DNA of 63,889 nt from Candidatus Hadarchaeota archaeon (GCA_040755315.1 JBFMBF010000004.1:1-63889); one strand, 5' to 3'. Shown: positions 26,738 through 36,196, counted from the first letter of the stretch. Numbers and translations are program-made. The notes: generated by a model not told the origin, from the letters alone.

Positions 26738-27970
26738 ATGATAACCGTTCTGGAGGGTGGAATAACAGAAGCCCCCGGCTTCAAGGCCGCCGGGGTCAGG
26801 GCAGGGATAAAGAAGCGCGGCCTAGACATCATGCTTTTGGTTTCCGAAGACGGCCCCGTCACGGCCGCGGGGGCTTTCACAACCAACCGCGTCCAAGGCG
26901 CTCCGGTCATTGTAACCAAGGAACACCTGAAGAAGGGAAAACTTGGGGCAATCGTGGCCAACTCCGGGATATCGAACGCATACACTGGAAAGAGGGGCCT
27001 CAGGGATGCATACAAGATGGCGCAGGTCGCCGCGCGGCTGCTCAAAATCAGGGCCGCGAATGTCGGGGTCGCCTCGACTGGCCTGATCGGCGCCTACATG
27101 CCGATGAAAAGAGTGGAGGCGGGTATCAAGGCTGCGGCGAATGAGCTTTCAAACTCGCGGGAGGCCAGCCTCAACGCCGTGAAGGCAATAATGACGACCG
27201 ACACCATCCCGAAGGAAGTGGCGCTCCGCGTGGATCTGGAGGACGGCATGACCGCGACGATAGCCGGAATCGCGAAGGGTGCCGGGATGATCTGCCCGAA
27301 GATGAAAACGGCGACCATGCTGACATTCGCCGTCACGGACGTCTCGATAACTTCCGATGCCCTGAAGGCTATGCTGCAGAAGGCTGTCGACAAAAGCTTC
27401 AATATGGTCAACATCGACAACGACACCAGCACAAGCGACATGGTGGTTGTGATGGCCAACGGGCGGGCAAAGAACCGCCGCATAACACTCGACCGCATGG
27501 ACCGGCAGTTCCAGGCGGGCTTCGAGCATGCGCTAACAGAGCTGGCGTGGATGATAGCTGGGGACGGCGAGGGGGCGACGCGCCTGATAGAGGTGCAGGT
27601 CACCGGAGCCCGCAACATCGCGGAGGCCAGGCTGGCGGCGAGGGCGGTGGCCGGCTCCAACCTGGTCAAGTCGGCGGTGTTCGGCAAGGACCCCAACTGG
27701 GGGAGGGTAGTGGCGGCCCTAGGTTACTCGGGGGCAGTCTTCGACCCAAAGGACCTCAGCTTGGAGCTCGAGGGCGAGAGGGGGAGCGTGGAGCTCGTGC
27801 ACAGGGGGAGGCCGGCCCCGAAGAGGGCGCTGGCGAGAGGCAGGGACATCATGAAAGGCAAGGAGATAGAAATCATAGTCAACCTGGGCGCAGGTAAGGC
27901 ATCTGCCACCGCCTGGGGTTGCGACCTGACATACGACTACGTCAGGATAAATTCCAAATACACGACCTGA
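26738..27970 (+). CDS. argJ: bifunctional ornithine acetyltransferase / N-acetylglutamate synthase
   Basis: N-terminus GGITEAPGF, and the autoproteolysis site KTATMLTFAVTD. ATG 26738; the ORF track starts at TTG 26723. Confidence 0.9.
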   Translation: MITVLEGGITEAPGFKAAGVRAGIKKRGLDIMLLVSEDGPVTAAGAFTTNRVQGAPVIVTKEHLKKGKLGAIVANSGISNAYTGKRGLRDAYKMAQVAARLLKIRAANVGVASTGLIGAYMPMKRVEAGIKAAANELSNSREASLNAVKAIMTTDTIPKEVALRVDLEDGMTATIAGIAKGAGMICPKMKTATMLTFAVTDVSITSDALKAMLQKAVDKSFNMVNIDNDTSTSDMVVVMANGRAKNRRITLDRMDRQFQAGFEHALTELAWMIAGDGEGATRLIEVQVTGARNIAEARLAARAVAGSNLVKSAVFGKDPNWGRVVAALGYSGAVFDPKDLSLELEGERGSVELVHRGRPAPKRALARGRDIMKGKEIEIIVNLGAGKASATAWGCDLTYDYVRINSKYTT

Positions 27971-28016
27971 GTGTCAAATTTAATAACATGCAACGCGTGG
28001 AGTCTTTTGTGGTGGA

Positions 28017-28901
28017 ATGCAGGAACGCGCCAAGGTGATGCTGGAGGCCCTCCCCTTCATTAGGGAGTTCCACGGCAAGGTCATAATCATAAAGATAGGC
28101 GGGAGCATCATGGGCGAGGAGAAGCTGCTTGACTCCCTCCTCCAGGATGTCGTCCTCCTCAACCTCTTCGGAATGAAGACAGTGCTGGTCCACGGCGGCG
28201 GCCCAGAGATAAGTGAGGAGATGAAGAAGATGGGGGTGAAGCCGAAGTTCATAGAAGGGCTGCGCGTCACCGACGAGCAAACGATGGAGATCCTGCACGA
28301 GCAGCTGGCCGGGAAGATAAACAAGCAGGTGGTGCTGGGGATAAACCACCACGGCGGGAAGGCCTTCGGGATTTCTGGTATGGACGGAAGCCTCATCCGC
28401 GCGCGCAAGCTTCTCTACAAGACCACCACCAGCAAGGGAAAGGAAGTCGAGATAGACCTGGGGCTGGTCGGAGAGGTGGAGAGGATTGACCCGAGCATCA
28501 TCAACAACTTGGTCAAGGCTGGATGCATCCCCGTGATCGCCCCGATTGGAATAGACATGGAAGGGCACAGCCTGAACATAAACGCAGACACCGTCGCCGC
28601 GGAGATTGCCGTGGCCATGCATGCGAAGAAACTAGTCCTGATCACCGATGTGCTTGGAGTCATGCGCGACCCGAACGATGAAAAAACACTGATTTCAGTT
28701 ATGACGACAGGGGAGGCGCAGAAGCTCATCCAGGAGGGCGTGATCAAGAAAGGAATGATTCCAAAGATAGAGGCTTGCCTCAGGGCTGTACAGAGCGGCG
28801 TCGACCGCGCCCATATCCTGAAAGGCACGGCCCCGCACGTCCTTCTGCTGGAACTCCTGACGGAGAGCGGCGTCGGCACAATGATTGAACGGGGCAAGTA
28901 A
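28017..28901 (+). CDS. argB: acetylglutamate kinase
   Basis: Amino-acid kinase fold motifs KVIIIKIGGS, LVHGGGP and NINADT. Confidence 0.9.
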   Translation: MQERAKVMLEALPFIREFHGKVIIIKIGGSIMGEEKLLDSLLQDVVLLNLFGMKTVLVHGGGPEISEEMKKMGVKPKFIEGLRVTDEQTMEILHEQLAGKINKQVVLGINHHGGKAFGISGMDGSLIRARKLLYKTTTSKGKEVEIDLGLVGEVERIDPSIINNLVKAGCIPVIAPIGIDMEGHSLNINADTVAAEIAVAMHAKKLVLITDVLGVMRDPNDEKTLISVMTTGEAQKLIQEGVIKKGMIPKIEACLRAVQSGVDRAHILKGTAPHVLLLELLTESGVGTMIERGK

Positions 28902-30086
28902 ATGGACGTCGAGAAGCTGACCGGGCGCTACATCGCGCGGACCTACAAGCGCCAGCCTCTGACGCTGGTGAAGGGGCGTGGGATGCATGTCTGGGACACG
29001 CGCGGAAAGAAGTACTTGGACTTTGTCGGTGGGATAGCCGTCTGCGCGCTTGGCCACTCGCACCCTGACCTTGTGAAAGCCATTTCAAAACAGGCGGGGC
29101 AGCTAATCCACACTTCAAACCTTTACTACATACAGAGGCAGGCAGAGCTGGCGGAGCTTCTGGTCACGGTGACGCCGGCCGAAATAGACAAGTTCTTCTT
29201 CTGCAACTCGGGCGCCGAGGCGAACGAGGGTGCTCTGAAGCTTGCAGTTAAACGAACGAAGCGCTCGCGCATAGTTGCAATGATGGGCGCTTTCCACGGC
29301 CGTACGGCGCTGACGGTGGGGGCCACCTGGAAAGCCCAATACCACGAGCCATACCGGGCGATCATCCCGGATGCAATAGCCTTCATACAGTACAACAACC
29401 TCGACGCCGCCGAGAGCGCCATTGATGAAGACACTGCCGCGGTGATAGTCGAGCCTGTCCAGGGCGAGAGCGGCGTCAACATCCCGTCGAACGATTACCT
29501 GCCGGGGCTGCGGAAGATATGCGACGATCAGGGCGCGCTCCTGATTTGCGACGAAGTCCAGACTGGGATGGGCCGCACGGGAAAATGGTTCGCCTGCCAG
29601 CACTGGAAGGTTGAGCCGGACATCATGACGATGGCCAAAGCGCTGGGCGGCGGTTTTCCAATCGGGTGCATGGGGGCGAAAGAAAAAATCATGAACTCGT
29701 TCGCTCCGGGGGATCATGCGTCTACCTTCGGGGGGAACCCGCTCGCCTGCTCCGCAGCTATTGCCGTCATCAAAACAATGAAGAAACTGAAGTTGCCGGA
29801 AAGGGCCGCAAAGATGGGTGGTTACTTCACGGAGCGGCTGCAGGAGCTGGAAGAAAAGCACGGCTGCGTGAAGGATGTGAGAGGGCTCGGGCTGATAATC
29901 GGGATGGAGCTCGACGAGAAAAAGAAAGCCGAGAGAGCCGTGGAGATGGCTCGCGGGCATGGCTTCCTGATAAACTGCACGGCCGATAAAGTTCTGAGGT
30001 TTGTCCCGCCGTTGATTGTGGAGCGGCAGCAAATAGACAAGCTTATAGATGCTCTTGACGGCATCCTGACGGAGGTGGAAAAGTGA
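28902..30086 (+). CDS. argD: acetylornithine aminotransferase (class III PLP aminotransferase)
   Basis: Motifs [27 protein letters not shown] and [12 protein letters not shown] (PLP lysine). It starts immediately after the argB stop. Confidence 0.9.
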   Translation: MDVEKLTGRYIARTYKRQPLTLVKGRGMHVWDTRGKKYLDFVGGIAVCALGHSHPDLVKAISKQAGQLIHTSNLYYIQRQAELAELLVTVTPAEIDKFFFCNSGAEANEGALKLAVKRTKRSRIVAMMGAFHGRTALTVGATWKAQYHEPYRAIIPDAIAFIQYNNLDAAESAIDEDTAAVIVEPVQGESGVNIPSNDYLPGLRKICDDQGALLICDEVQTGMGRTGKWFACQHWKVEPDIMTMAKALGGGFPIGCMGAKEKIMNSFAPGDHASTFGGNPLACSAAIAVIKTMKKLKLPERAAKMGGYFTERLQELEEKHGCVKDVRGLGLIIGMELDEKKKAERAVEMARGHGFLINCTADKVLRFVPPLIVERQQIDKLIDALDGILTEVEK

Positions 30087-31012
30087 AGGTCAAGCATGTG
30101 CTCAGCATACAGGATTTGAGCGGCGCCGAGATTGAAAAAATCCTGGACATTTCGGACAAACTCAAGAAAGAGGTGAAGGCTGGGAAGCCGCACGAGCTCC
30201 TCCACGGCAAGACGCTCGGCATGATCTTCGCCAAGCCGTCAACCCGCACGAGGGTCAGCTTCGAGGCTGGCATGACCCAGCTTGGCGGGCATGCACTTTA
30301 CCTCGGAATTAACGATTTGCAGCTGGGCCGTGGCGAGACGATAGGCGACACTTCCAGAACTCTATCAAGATATGTCGATGCGGTGATGGCTAGGCTCTTT
30401 GCACACAAGGACATCGAAGAACTAGCGAAGCACTCTTCTGTTCCCGTGATAAACGGCCTTACCGATAAGCACCACCCATGCCAAACTCTGGCCGACCTGA
30501 TGACAATCCGCGAGAAAATTGGACGCCTGAAAGGTGTCAACGTGGCTTGGGTGGGCGACGGCAACAATGTTTGCAACTCCCTGATGCTTGGCTGCTCTCT
30601 CGTCGGGGCAAACTTCCGCGCAGCCTGCCCCAAGGGCTACGAACCATCAAAAGATGTCGTGGCCCAGGCGGTTGAAAATTCCAAAAAATCCAGCAGCAAG
30701 ATTGAAATTTTAAACGAGCCGGAAAAAGCCGTGAGGGGCGCGGATGTCATCTATACAGATGTGTGGATATCAATGGGCCAAGAAAAGGAGACTGAGCAGA
30801 AAATGAAAGTCTTCGGCCCCTACCAGGTGAACGCCAAGCTGGTGAAGCTGGCCAAGCCAAAGGCCATAGTCATGCACTGCCTGCCCGCCCACCGCGGCCT
30901 CGAAATAACCGACGAAGTGATCGACGGCCCGCACTCCGTCGTCTGGGACCAGGCAGAGAACAGGATGCACGCACAGAATGGGCTGCTTGTCCACCTCCTG
31001 AGCAAAAAGTAA
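30083..31012 (+). CDS. argF: ornithine carbamoyltransferase
   Basis: Canonical motifs FAKPSTRTR, HPCQTLAD, DVWISMGQE and HCLPAHRG. It overlaps argD by 4 nt. Confidence 0.9.
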   Translation: MKVKHVLSIQDLSGAEIEKILDISDKLKKEVKAGKPHELLHGKTLGMIFAKPSTRTRVSFEAGMTQLGGHALYLGINDLQLGRGETIGDTSRTLSRYVDAVMARLFAHKDIEELAKHSSVPVINGLTDKHHPCQTLADLMTIREKIGRLKGVNVAWVGDGNNVCNSLMLGCSLVGANFRAACPKGYEPSKDVVAQAVENSKKSSSKIEILNEPEKAVRGADVIYTDVWISMGQEKETEQKMKVFGPYQVNAKLVKLAKPKAIVMHCLPAHRGLEITDEVIDGPHSVVWDQAENRMHAQNGLLVHLLSKK

Positions 31013-31048
31013 TGTTTTTATGTATAGCGTAAATCGAGGTTTGAGAGG

Positions 31049-32014
31049 ATGAGACTGCTGGTAGCCCTGGGCGGAAACGCGATAAAGCAAGGAAAAGAAA
31101 CTGGAACAACTCTTGAACAGTTCTTGAACTGCAAAAAGACGGCCGTCCTTCTGGCGAAGGTGGTCAAGCGCATGGGGGCAAACGACAGGCTGATCATCAC
31201 CCACGGCAATGGCCCGCAGGTCGGAAACCTTGCCGTGCAACAGGACCTAGCAAAAGCGGCGATTCCTCCTCAGGACCTTGACATCCTCGGGGCGATGACG
31301 CAGGGCCAGATAGGCTACATGCTTGTGCAGATGCTTGACAACCAGATGAAGGAGCTGGGAGTCAAAATGCCTGTAATCTCTGTGGTTAACCGGGTGCAGG
31401 TCAGCAAGAGCGACCCAGAGTTCACGGGCGAAAATGCATCCAAGCCTGTTGGAAACTTCCTTTCTGAGGAAGAGGCCAAAGATGTGAAGGCCAAGCACCC
31501 GGAGTACATCTTCAAGAAGGTCAAGCCCGGCGAGGGCAAGGTGTGGCGGAGGGTGGTCCCGTCTCCGGATCCAATAGTGAATGTTGAGGCAGATGCCATA
31601 AGGAAACTGGTGGACGCCGGCGTCATCGTCGTGGCCTCGGGCGGCGGAGGGATTCCCGTGGTCTTGGACCTGGACGGCCACAACCGCGGCGTCGAGGCGG
31701 TCATAGACAAGGACCTGGCCGGGGAGAAGCTGGCGGAAGTGGTGAGCGCCGACACTTTTCTGATCCTGTCGGATGTGGAGAAGGTCAAGCTGAACTTTGG
31801 GAAGCCTAACGAGAAGAGCATCGACCGCATGACCGTCTCGGAGGCCGAGAAATACCTGAAGGAGGGCCACTTCCTCGCGGGCAGCATGGGGCCGAAGGTC
31901 AAGGCCTGCATCCGCTTCATAAAGTGGGGCGGTAAGCGGGCGATCATCTCCGCCCTAGACAAGGTCACGGAGGCCCTCGACGGGAAGACCGGTACCGAGA
32001 TAATTCCGGGGTAG
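31049..32014 (+). CDS. arcC: carbamate kinase
   Basis: N-terminus MRLLVALGGNAI, with ITHGNGPQVG and the family length of 321 aa. Confidence 0.85.
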   Translation: MRLLVALGGNAIKQGKETGTTLEQFLNCKKTAVLLAKVVKRMGANDRLIITHGNGPQVGNLAVQQDLAKAAIPPQDLDILGAMTQGQIGYMLVQMLDNQMKELGVKMPVISVVNRVQVSKSDPEFTGENASKPVGNFLSEEEAKDVKAKHPEYIFKKVKPGEGKVWRRVVPSPDPIVNVEADAIRKLVDAGVIVVASGGGGIPVVLDLDGHNRGVEAVIDKDLAGEKLAEVVSADTFLILSDVEKVKLNFGKPNEKSIDRMTVSEAEKYLKEGHFLAGSMGPKVKACIRFIKWGGKRAIISALDKVTEALDGKTGTEIIPG

Positions 32015-32018
32015 CCTG

Positions 32019-32201
32019 ATGCCGTCCGAAGAAGCGGGGCTGACGGCGTTTCTGATCATGGTTCCTTTGTCTGTGATATTGTTCATCCTGGCGCTCGCAA
32101 GCTATTTGCTAATCAAAGGCTTGACTGGGATGTTGTTTGCCGCCCTTTTCATATGCACGTGGTTCCTCATCTTGGGGGCGCTCACGAAGCGCCGCATGTG
32201 A
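32019..32201 (+). CDS. small two-TM membrane protein
   Basis: 60 aa with two hydrophobic helices. It starts 4 nt after the carbamate kinase stop. Confidence 0.4.
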   Translation: MPSEEAGLTAFLIMVPLSVILFILALASYLLIKGLTGMLFAALFICTWFLILGALTKRRM

Positions 32202-32205
32202 CCCG

Positions 32206-32213
32206 TTTTATAT
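32206..32213 (+). promoter_or_regulatory. TATA-like box TTTTATAT
   Basis: Centred ~31 nt upstream of ATG 32241, which favours that start over TTG 32232. Confidence 0.3.
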
Positions 32214-32240
32214 CCTCGCCACCGTTAGAATTTGGAGAAC

Positions 32241-32810
32241 ATGCCCCGGAGAGGACCACTGCCCTGCTTCATGGAGATCCACGTCTGGAAGGCTCTCGAG
32301 CTGATAGGGGAATACAGAAGGATTGGACGCAAGCGGCTGGTTGAGAAGCTGGGGGTGGGGGAGGGCAGCACCAGAACGATCCTGAACAAGCTGAAAGTCA
32401 AACGGCTAATCACATCTTCCAAGGGTGGGCATTCAATCACAAAAAATGGGCTGAAGCTGCTGAAAACTCTCCCAAAGTATGTACGGGTTGACGCGGGGGA
32501 CCTGACGGTGGGGAAGTTTGATGTGGCCGCTTCCGTCCGGGAGGCCGCCAGAAGAGTGAAGTCTGGGGTGGAGCAGCGGGATGAAGCCATCAAGGCCGGT
32601 GCGGACGGGGCCACCGTGTTGGTATTTTTCAAGGGAAAGCTCAGGTTTCCAGACAGCTCAGTGGAGGCGGAGGGAAGCGTGGCGAGGAGGCTTATAGGCG
32701 CCCTTCATCCCGAAGAAGGAGACGCCGTGGTGATTGGCTCCGGAAGAACGATTGAGCTGGCCGAGAATGGGGCCAGGTGCGCCGCGCGTAGCCTCACCAT
32801 GAAGCCTTGA
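32241..32810 (+). CDS. winged-helix protein with C-terminal domain of unknown function (archaeal DUF4443-like)
   Basis: N-terminal wHTH-like segment WKALELIGEYRRIGRKRLVEKLGVGEGSTRTILNKLKVKRLI. The family name is from memory only. Confidence 0.5.
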   Translation: MPRRGPLPCFMEIHVWKALELIGEYRRIGRKRLVEKLGVGEGSTRTILNKLKVKRLITSSKGGHSITKNGLKLLKTLPKYVRVDAGDLTVGKFDVAASVREAARRVKSGVEQRDEAIKAGADGATVLVFFKGKLRFPDSSVEAEGSVARRLIGALHPEEGDAVVIGSGRTIELAENGARCAARSLTMKP

Positions 32811-33189
32811 GGATCTCGAGGTTGTCCCCGTCCCTGAGCTGGTAGTCCTGCATTCCCACGGGCGGCACCAAACCGTTCACCTTGTAGACCCAGCTCTGCT
32901 GCACTCCGCTTATTTTTGTGATAATTGAAGAGCCGAAGCTCGGGTAATATGTTGTCTCAAGGCTGGCGGCCCTCAGCAGGACATCGAAAGGAGTCATCCC
33001 TTTATAGACTGTGACCTGGCTGTTTATGCCGAGGTTGTCGATTCTAAGGTTCACTCTGATGTTCTCCCCGTACACGAACTGCTCTACTTGCCTCGTGATT
33101 CCACCGGTCACGGCATAACCTCCTGCGAAGGAGAGAAAGCCGACCACCGCGATCAATGCCGCAGCTTGGGTCAGCGCAAGTTCCTTCAA
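32794..33189 (-). CDS. membrane-anchored DUF4430-like beta-grasp protein
   Basis: N-terminal TM. The C-terminus ..WVYKVNGLVPPVGMQDYQLRDGDNLEI resembles the DUF4430 signature. Confidence 0.5.
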   Translation of the reverse strand: MKELALTQAAALIAVVGFLSFAGGYAVTGGITRQVEQFVYGENIRVNLRIDNLGINSQVTVYKGMTPFDVLLRAASLETTYYPSFGSSIITKISGVQQSWVYKVNGLVPPVGMQDYQLRDGDNLEILKASW

Positions 33190-33193
33190 CTTC

Positions 33194-33871
33194 TCACCTC
33201 CATTGGCTGCTTTTCACAGATGTTTTGACCGCGACAGAGACCGGGACCCTGACCCTTACGAGCGCCTTGCCCAGCCCCACCATAGGCGGGATGAAAATCA
33301 GCGACGAAAGGTGGTAGAGGGTGAACGGGATTTGGCCAAGGAAGGCCGCCCACAGGGACATCCCCGTCGTCAAGGTGTGGCCCAAAAGTCCGGTCCAGAT
33401 GTCGAACGCAATTATCGCAACAGCACCCGTGAGCATGGTGTGCCCGAGTAGTTTGCTTGTCCTGTCGAACGGAGAGAGCCTGTTCCGCAACCCGATGAAC
33501 CAGCAAAGGGCGAGGCCCGACCAGGTGAAGATGTAAATGGGGAGCGGGCCCCAGAAAACTAGGTCTATGACCATGACAGTGACCATCGCGACAAGGCCAA
33601 AGTACCTAGTGAGCCACCTGCCGAGTCGGCTGGAACCCAAGGGGAGGGAAAAGGAGCCTATCACAACAAGGGAGGGGATTACCAGCTCAAAGTTTGGGTA
33701 GGTGACCCCGCCGAGGTAGAAAAGCTTGCTCAACGCCATGAGCAAGGCTCCCAAAATCACGAATATCTTGATCCTTCTCGCCAGCACCCGGCTCGATTCA
33801 GGGGTCAGCCTCATCAAAGTTGGATAGTATATCCAACATATAAAAGTACCGAAAATCAAGCGCACGATCAA
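33194..33871 (-). CDS. polytopic membrane protein (about 6 TM), unknown function
   Basis: Hydrophobic throughout. The start is uncertain: TTG 33871 overlapping the glycosyltransferase stop, GTG 33865 or ATG 33814. The ORF track's 33961 start would overlap the upstream gene by 94 nt. Confidence 0.5.
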   Translation of the reverse strand: MIVRLIFGTFICWIYYPTLMRLTPESSRVLARRIKIFVILGALLMALSKLFYLGGVTYPNFELVIPSLVVIGSFSLPLGSSRLGRWLTRYFGLVAMVTVMVIDLVFWGPLPIYIFTWSGLALCWFIGLRNRLSPFDRTSKLLGHTMLTGAVAIIAFDIWTGLLGHTLTTGMSLWAAFLGQIPFTLYHLSSLIFIPPMVGLGKALVRVRVPVSVAVKTSVKSSQWR

Positions 33872-35295
33872 GCCAGCTTGTCGTAAAGCTTCACATACTC
33901 CTTCGCAATCTTTTCCCAGGAGAAGTTCCTTACGACGTGGTTCCTTGCATTCCTGCCCCACGTCTCCCTGTTGTCCACGGCCTTTGCAAGCCCGGCTGCC
34001 AGCAGCTCCGTTGACTTAGCGTCCACCCTCAACCCCACACGGCCGTTGATCTCGTCCTTAATGACCTCTTTAAGTCCGCCCACGTCACCCACCACCACGG
34101 GCTTCGCGCAAGCCATGGCCTCCAAGGCCACAATCCCGAATGCCTCCTCGAGTGAAGGGAAGCAGCATATGTCGCTGGCCTTGTAGAGCATCGCGACGTC
34201 CTGCCTGAGATCCGCATTTTGGATAACCACTTTGTGCCTCATTTTATCAGGCATTTCCTCCCGGATTTTAACGAGCTCGTCGTAAGTGTAGCCGTCAAAA
34301 CCCATGATTGCAAGGGAGTAGTCTGGGTGGGACTTGTGGAAAATCTTGAATGCTTCCATCAGGTTCTTGTGGTTTTTCTCCCAAACAAACCGTCCAGTCG
34401 AAAGGATGTATGGTTTGGTTATCCCGTACTTGTGGATGACTTTTTCCATTTCCTTGTGTTCCTTTGGGGCTGGCGGAGCGTAAGCTGTTGTGTCGACGCC
34501 GTTGTAAATCACCTTCACCTTGTTCTTCGGTAGGTCGTAAGCCTTGATCACGGACTCTGCTGTGGCGTTCGAGACGCAGTGGACAACGTCCGCCTCCTTG
34601 CAGCCCTGGGCTTCGAAGAAGAGCCGCCTGTCGATGGCGTGGACCCTGGAGCGCAGGTCTGGCGAAAACCCGTATTCCTCCGCGACTTTCAGGATGTCGA
34701 GGTAGTTGGCGGGCGGCCTCGGGACGCTCATGTGAACGGAAAAAACGGCTGGGACATCCGAGTGCTGTTTTATTATCGGGATTGCCTTGGCAGTAAGCCA
34801 GTCGTGGCAGTGAAGGATCAGGGTTTCAGGCTCCATCAGGTGCAGCGTTGGGAGAATCCTCTCGTGGGCCACCGCGGAGACAAAATCCAGGGCGTCCACC
34901 AGATCCTGCGAGCCCTCTGCCACCCGGAACATCCTATCGTCGGGGCTCCTGTGGCGCTCCAGAGGGACCGCGTTAACGTGAACATTCTTCCTGTAATCAA
35001 AGCTTATTGTCTTCGTTCCTGTGGTTGCCCGGACGAAAATCGTGCTGTCGAGGGGGACGTTCGGGTAAAGGCTCGTCACCACCACATCCAGCCCGCCAGT
35101 ATAGAGGACGTTGGGGACGGACGCCTGGAACCCCAGCCCCACGACCAGTAGCTTCGGCTTATGATTTTCCCTGTTTCGCCTGTGCCTGACATTTTCAGGT
35201 GATTTTGCGCTAGCGCCTCCTTTGCTAACTCTTTTCATCGTCTCAATCCACTTCTCAAGCTGGTTAATAACTGTTAATCTCCGCCTCTTAAACAT
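33868..35295 (-). CDS. GT4-family (GT-B fold) glycosyltransferase
   Basis: C-terminal GT1/GT4 signature ..FPSLEEAFGIVALEAMACAKPVVVGDVGGLKEVI.. and the family length. Confidence 0.8.
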   Translation of the reverse strand: MFKRRRLTVINQLEKWIETMKRVSKGGASAKSPENVRHRRNRENHKPKLLVVGLGFQASVPNVLYTGGLDVVVTSLYPNVPLDSTIFVRATTGTKTISFDYRKNVHVNAVPLERHRSPDDRMFRVAEGSQDLVDALDFVSAVAHERILPTLHLMEPETLILHCHDWLTAKAIPIIKQHSDVPAVFSVHMSVPRPPANYLDILKVAEEYGFSPDLRSRVHAIDRRLFFEAQGCKEADVVHCVSNATAESVIKAYDLPKNKVKVIYNGVDTTAYAPPAPKEHKEMEKVIHKYGITKPYILSTGRFVWEKNHKNLMEAFKIFHKSHPDYSLAIMGFDGYTYDELVKIREEMPDKMRHKVVIQNADLRQDVAMLYKASDICCFPSLEEAFGIVALEAMACAKPVVVGDVGGLKEVIKDEINGRVGLRVDAKSTELLAAGLAKAVDNRETWGRNARNHVVRNFSWEKIAKEYVKLYDKLA

Positions 35296-35339
35296 CGCGC
35301 GGCGTCCCGATGTCTGGGATGTCTGCCCTGCACCGATGG

Positions 35340-35345
35340 TTTTAA
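35340..35345 (+). promoter_or_regulatory. TATA-like TTTTAA upstream of the tRNA
   Basis: Lies 28-33 nt upstream of tRNA position +1 (35373). Confidence 0.25.
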
Positions 35346-35372
35346 CGGATGAAGATGAAAATTAAACTCGGT

Positions 35373-35474
35373 AGCCCCGTGGTGTAGATCCGTTTAGAAA
35401 AAGCGGAGCACAATGGTCAAGCATCCGGGCCTTTGGAGCCCGTGACGTCGGTTCGAATCCGACCGGGGCTACCA
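35373..35474 (+). tRNA. tRNA-Gln (anticodon UUG) with a 26-nt intron in the D-loop and a genomically encoded CCA
   Basis: Acceptor stem AGCCCCG/CGGGGCT is 7/7 paired. D-stem is GTGT/GCAT. Anticodon arm is CGGGC-CTTTGGA-GCCCG. T-arm is GTCGG-TTCGAAT-CCGAC. Discriminator A is followed by CCA. The span is 102 nt, or 76 nt after removing 26 nt. Confidence 0.85.
35388..35413 (+). other. non-canonical tRNA intron (D-loop, about position 15/16) in a bulge-helix-bulge fold
   Basis: The central 4-bp helix is GTGT (35382-85) with GCAC (35408-11). The 3-nt bulges are AGA (35386-88) and AAT (35412-14), and the inner helix is TCCG/CGGA. Symmetric cleavage leaves the D-loop AGTGGTCAA. The exact cut sites could shift by 1 nt. 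Confidence 0.6.
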
Positions 35475-35512
35475 TCTGATGGCCGCACAATTCCTGAAAA
35501 AACCTTCGCACA

Positions 35513-36196
35513 TCAGGACAGGACAAGGGCGCTCAGCTCGGCCAAGTTGCCGGCCCGTTCGATCGGTAGGTCCGAGAAGTATTGGTAACTCCTGGAATCG
35601 CTTTTGGATATCACAAAAAGAGAATAAGCTCCTGCCTCCCTCACCGCGTTGTACTTCTCGGGTATTTCCCCTACAATCTTGAGATTTCCTGTGGAGTCTA
35701 TGCTGGCCGTTACTACCGCGCTCTGGTTGACCATGTTGGGGACCCTGTTCTCCGCAGCATTGATAGAGGCAACCATTAGCACCGCCGCGGCAGCACTGGC
35801 CGATGGCCCTGCAATCGTCGTGAGGGGGCCGATGTTGTCTATTGAAATAAATATATCCACGGCGTCCAGGTTCCTGCCAGTGTAAAGGCTGGCCGCTGCC
35901 CTCGCATCCCTGGCCGCCTGCTGTGTGTCCTCGTTTTCATAAGGCGGGACCTCGATCAGGAGGCGCCCGCTCCCTGGCCTGACCTCCACGCTCAAGTCCG
36001 CGAGCTGCCCCATCCCGGTACTCTTGTCCACGCCAACTATCGTGATTGAGCGGGTTTGGGCGGCTCCATAAGATATCTGGAGAACTGGATAACCCTGAAT
36101 CCAGATTGCGGCAACCGTGACGCCGAGCAGTACCCCCAAGGTGAAAGAGACCGCGAGCAGGGGCATGATGATGTCTTTCTTTTTCTTGCGCGCCAT
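35513..36196 (-). CDS. membrane-anchored Lon-like (S16) serine peptidase domain protein
   Basis: N-terminal basic stretch plus a TM. Lon proteolytic-domain motifs IAGPSASAAAA (Ser) and VGEIPEKYNAVREAG (Lys). The start is uncertain (GTG 36205, ATG 36196 or ATG 36166). Confidence 0.6.
   Translation of the reverse strand: MARKKKKDIIMPLLAVSFTLGVLLGVTVAAIWIQGYPVLQISYGAAQTRSITIVGVDKSTGMGQLADLSVEVRPGSGRLLIEVPPYENEDTQQAARDARAAASLYTGRNLDAVDIFISIDNIGPLTTIAGPSASAAAAVLMVASINAAENRVPNMVNQSAVVTASIDSTGNLKIVGEIPEKYNAVREAGAYSLFVISKSDSRSYQYFSDLPIERAGNLAELSALVLS

Noticed and set aside
27942-30032. Long antisense ORFs opposite argB and argD (27942..28622, 28415..28897, 29115..30032)
   Set aside because: They have no motifs and biased composition, and they are fully nested in confidently identified arg genes.
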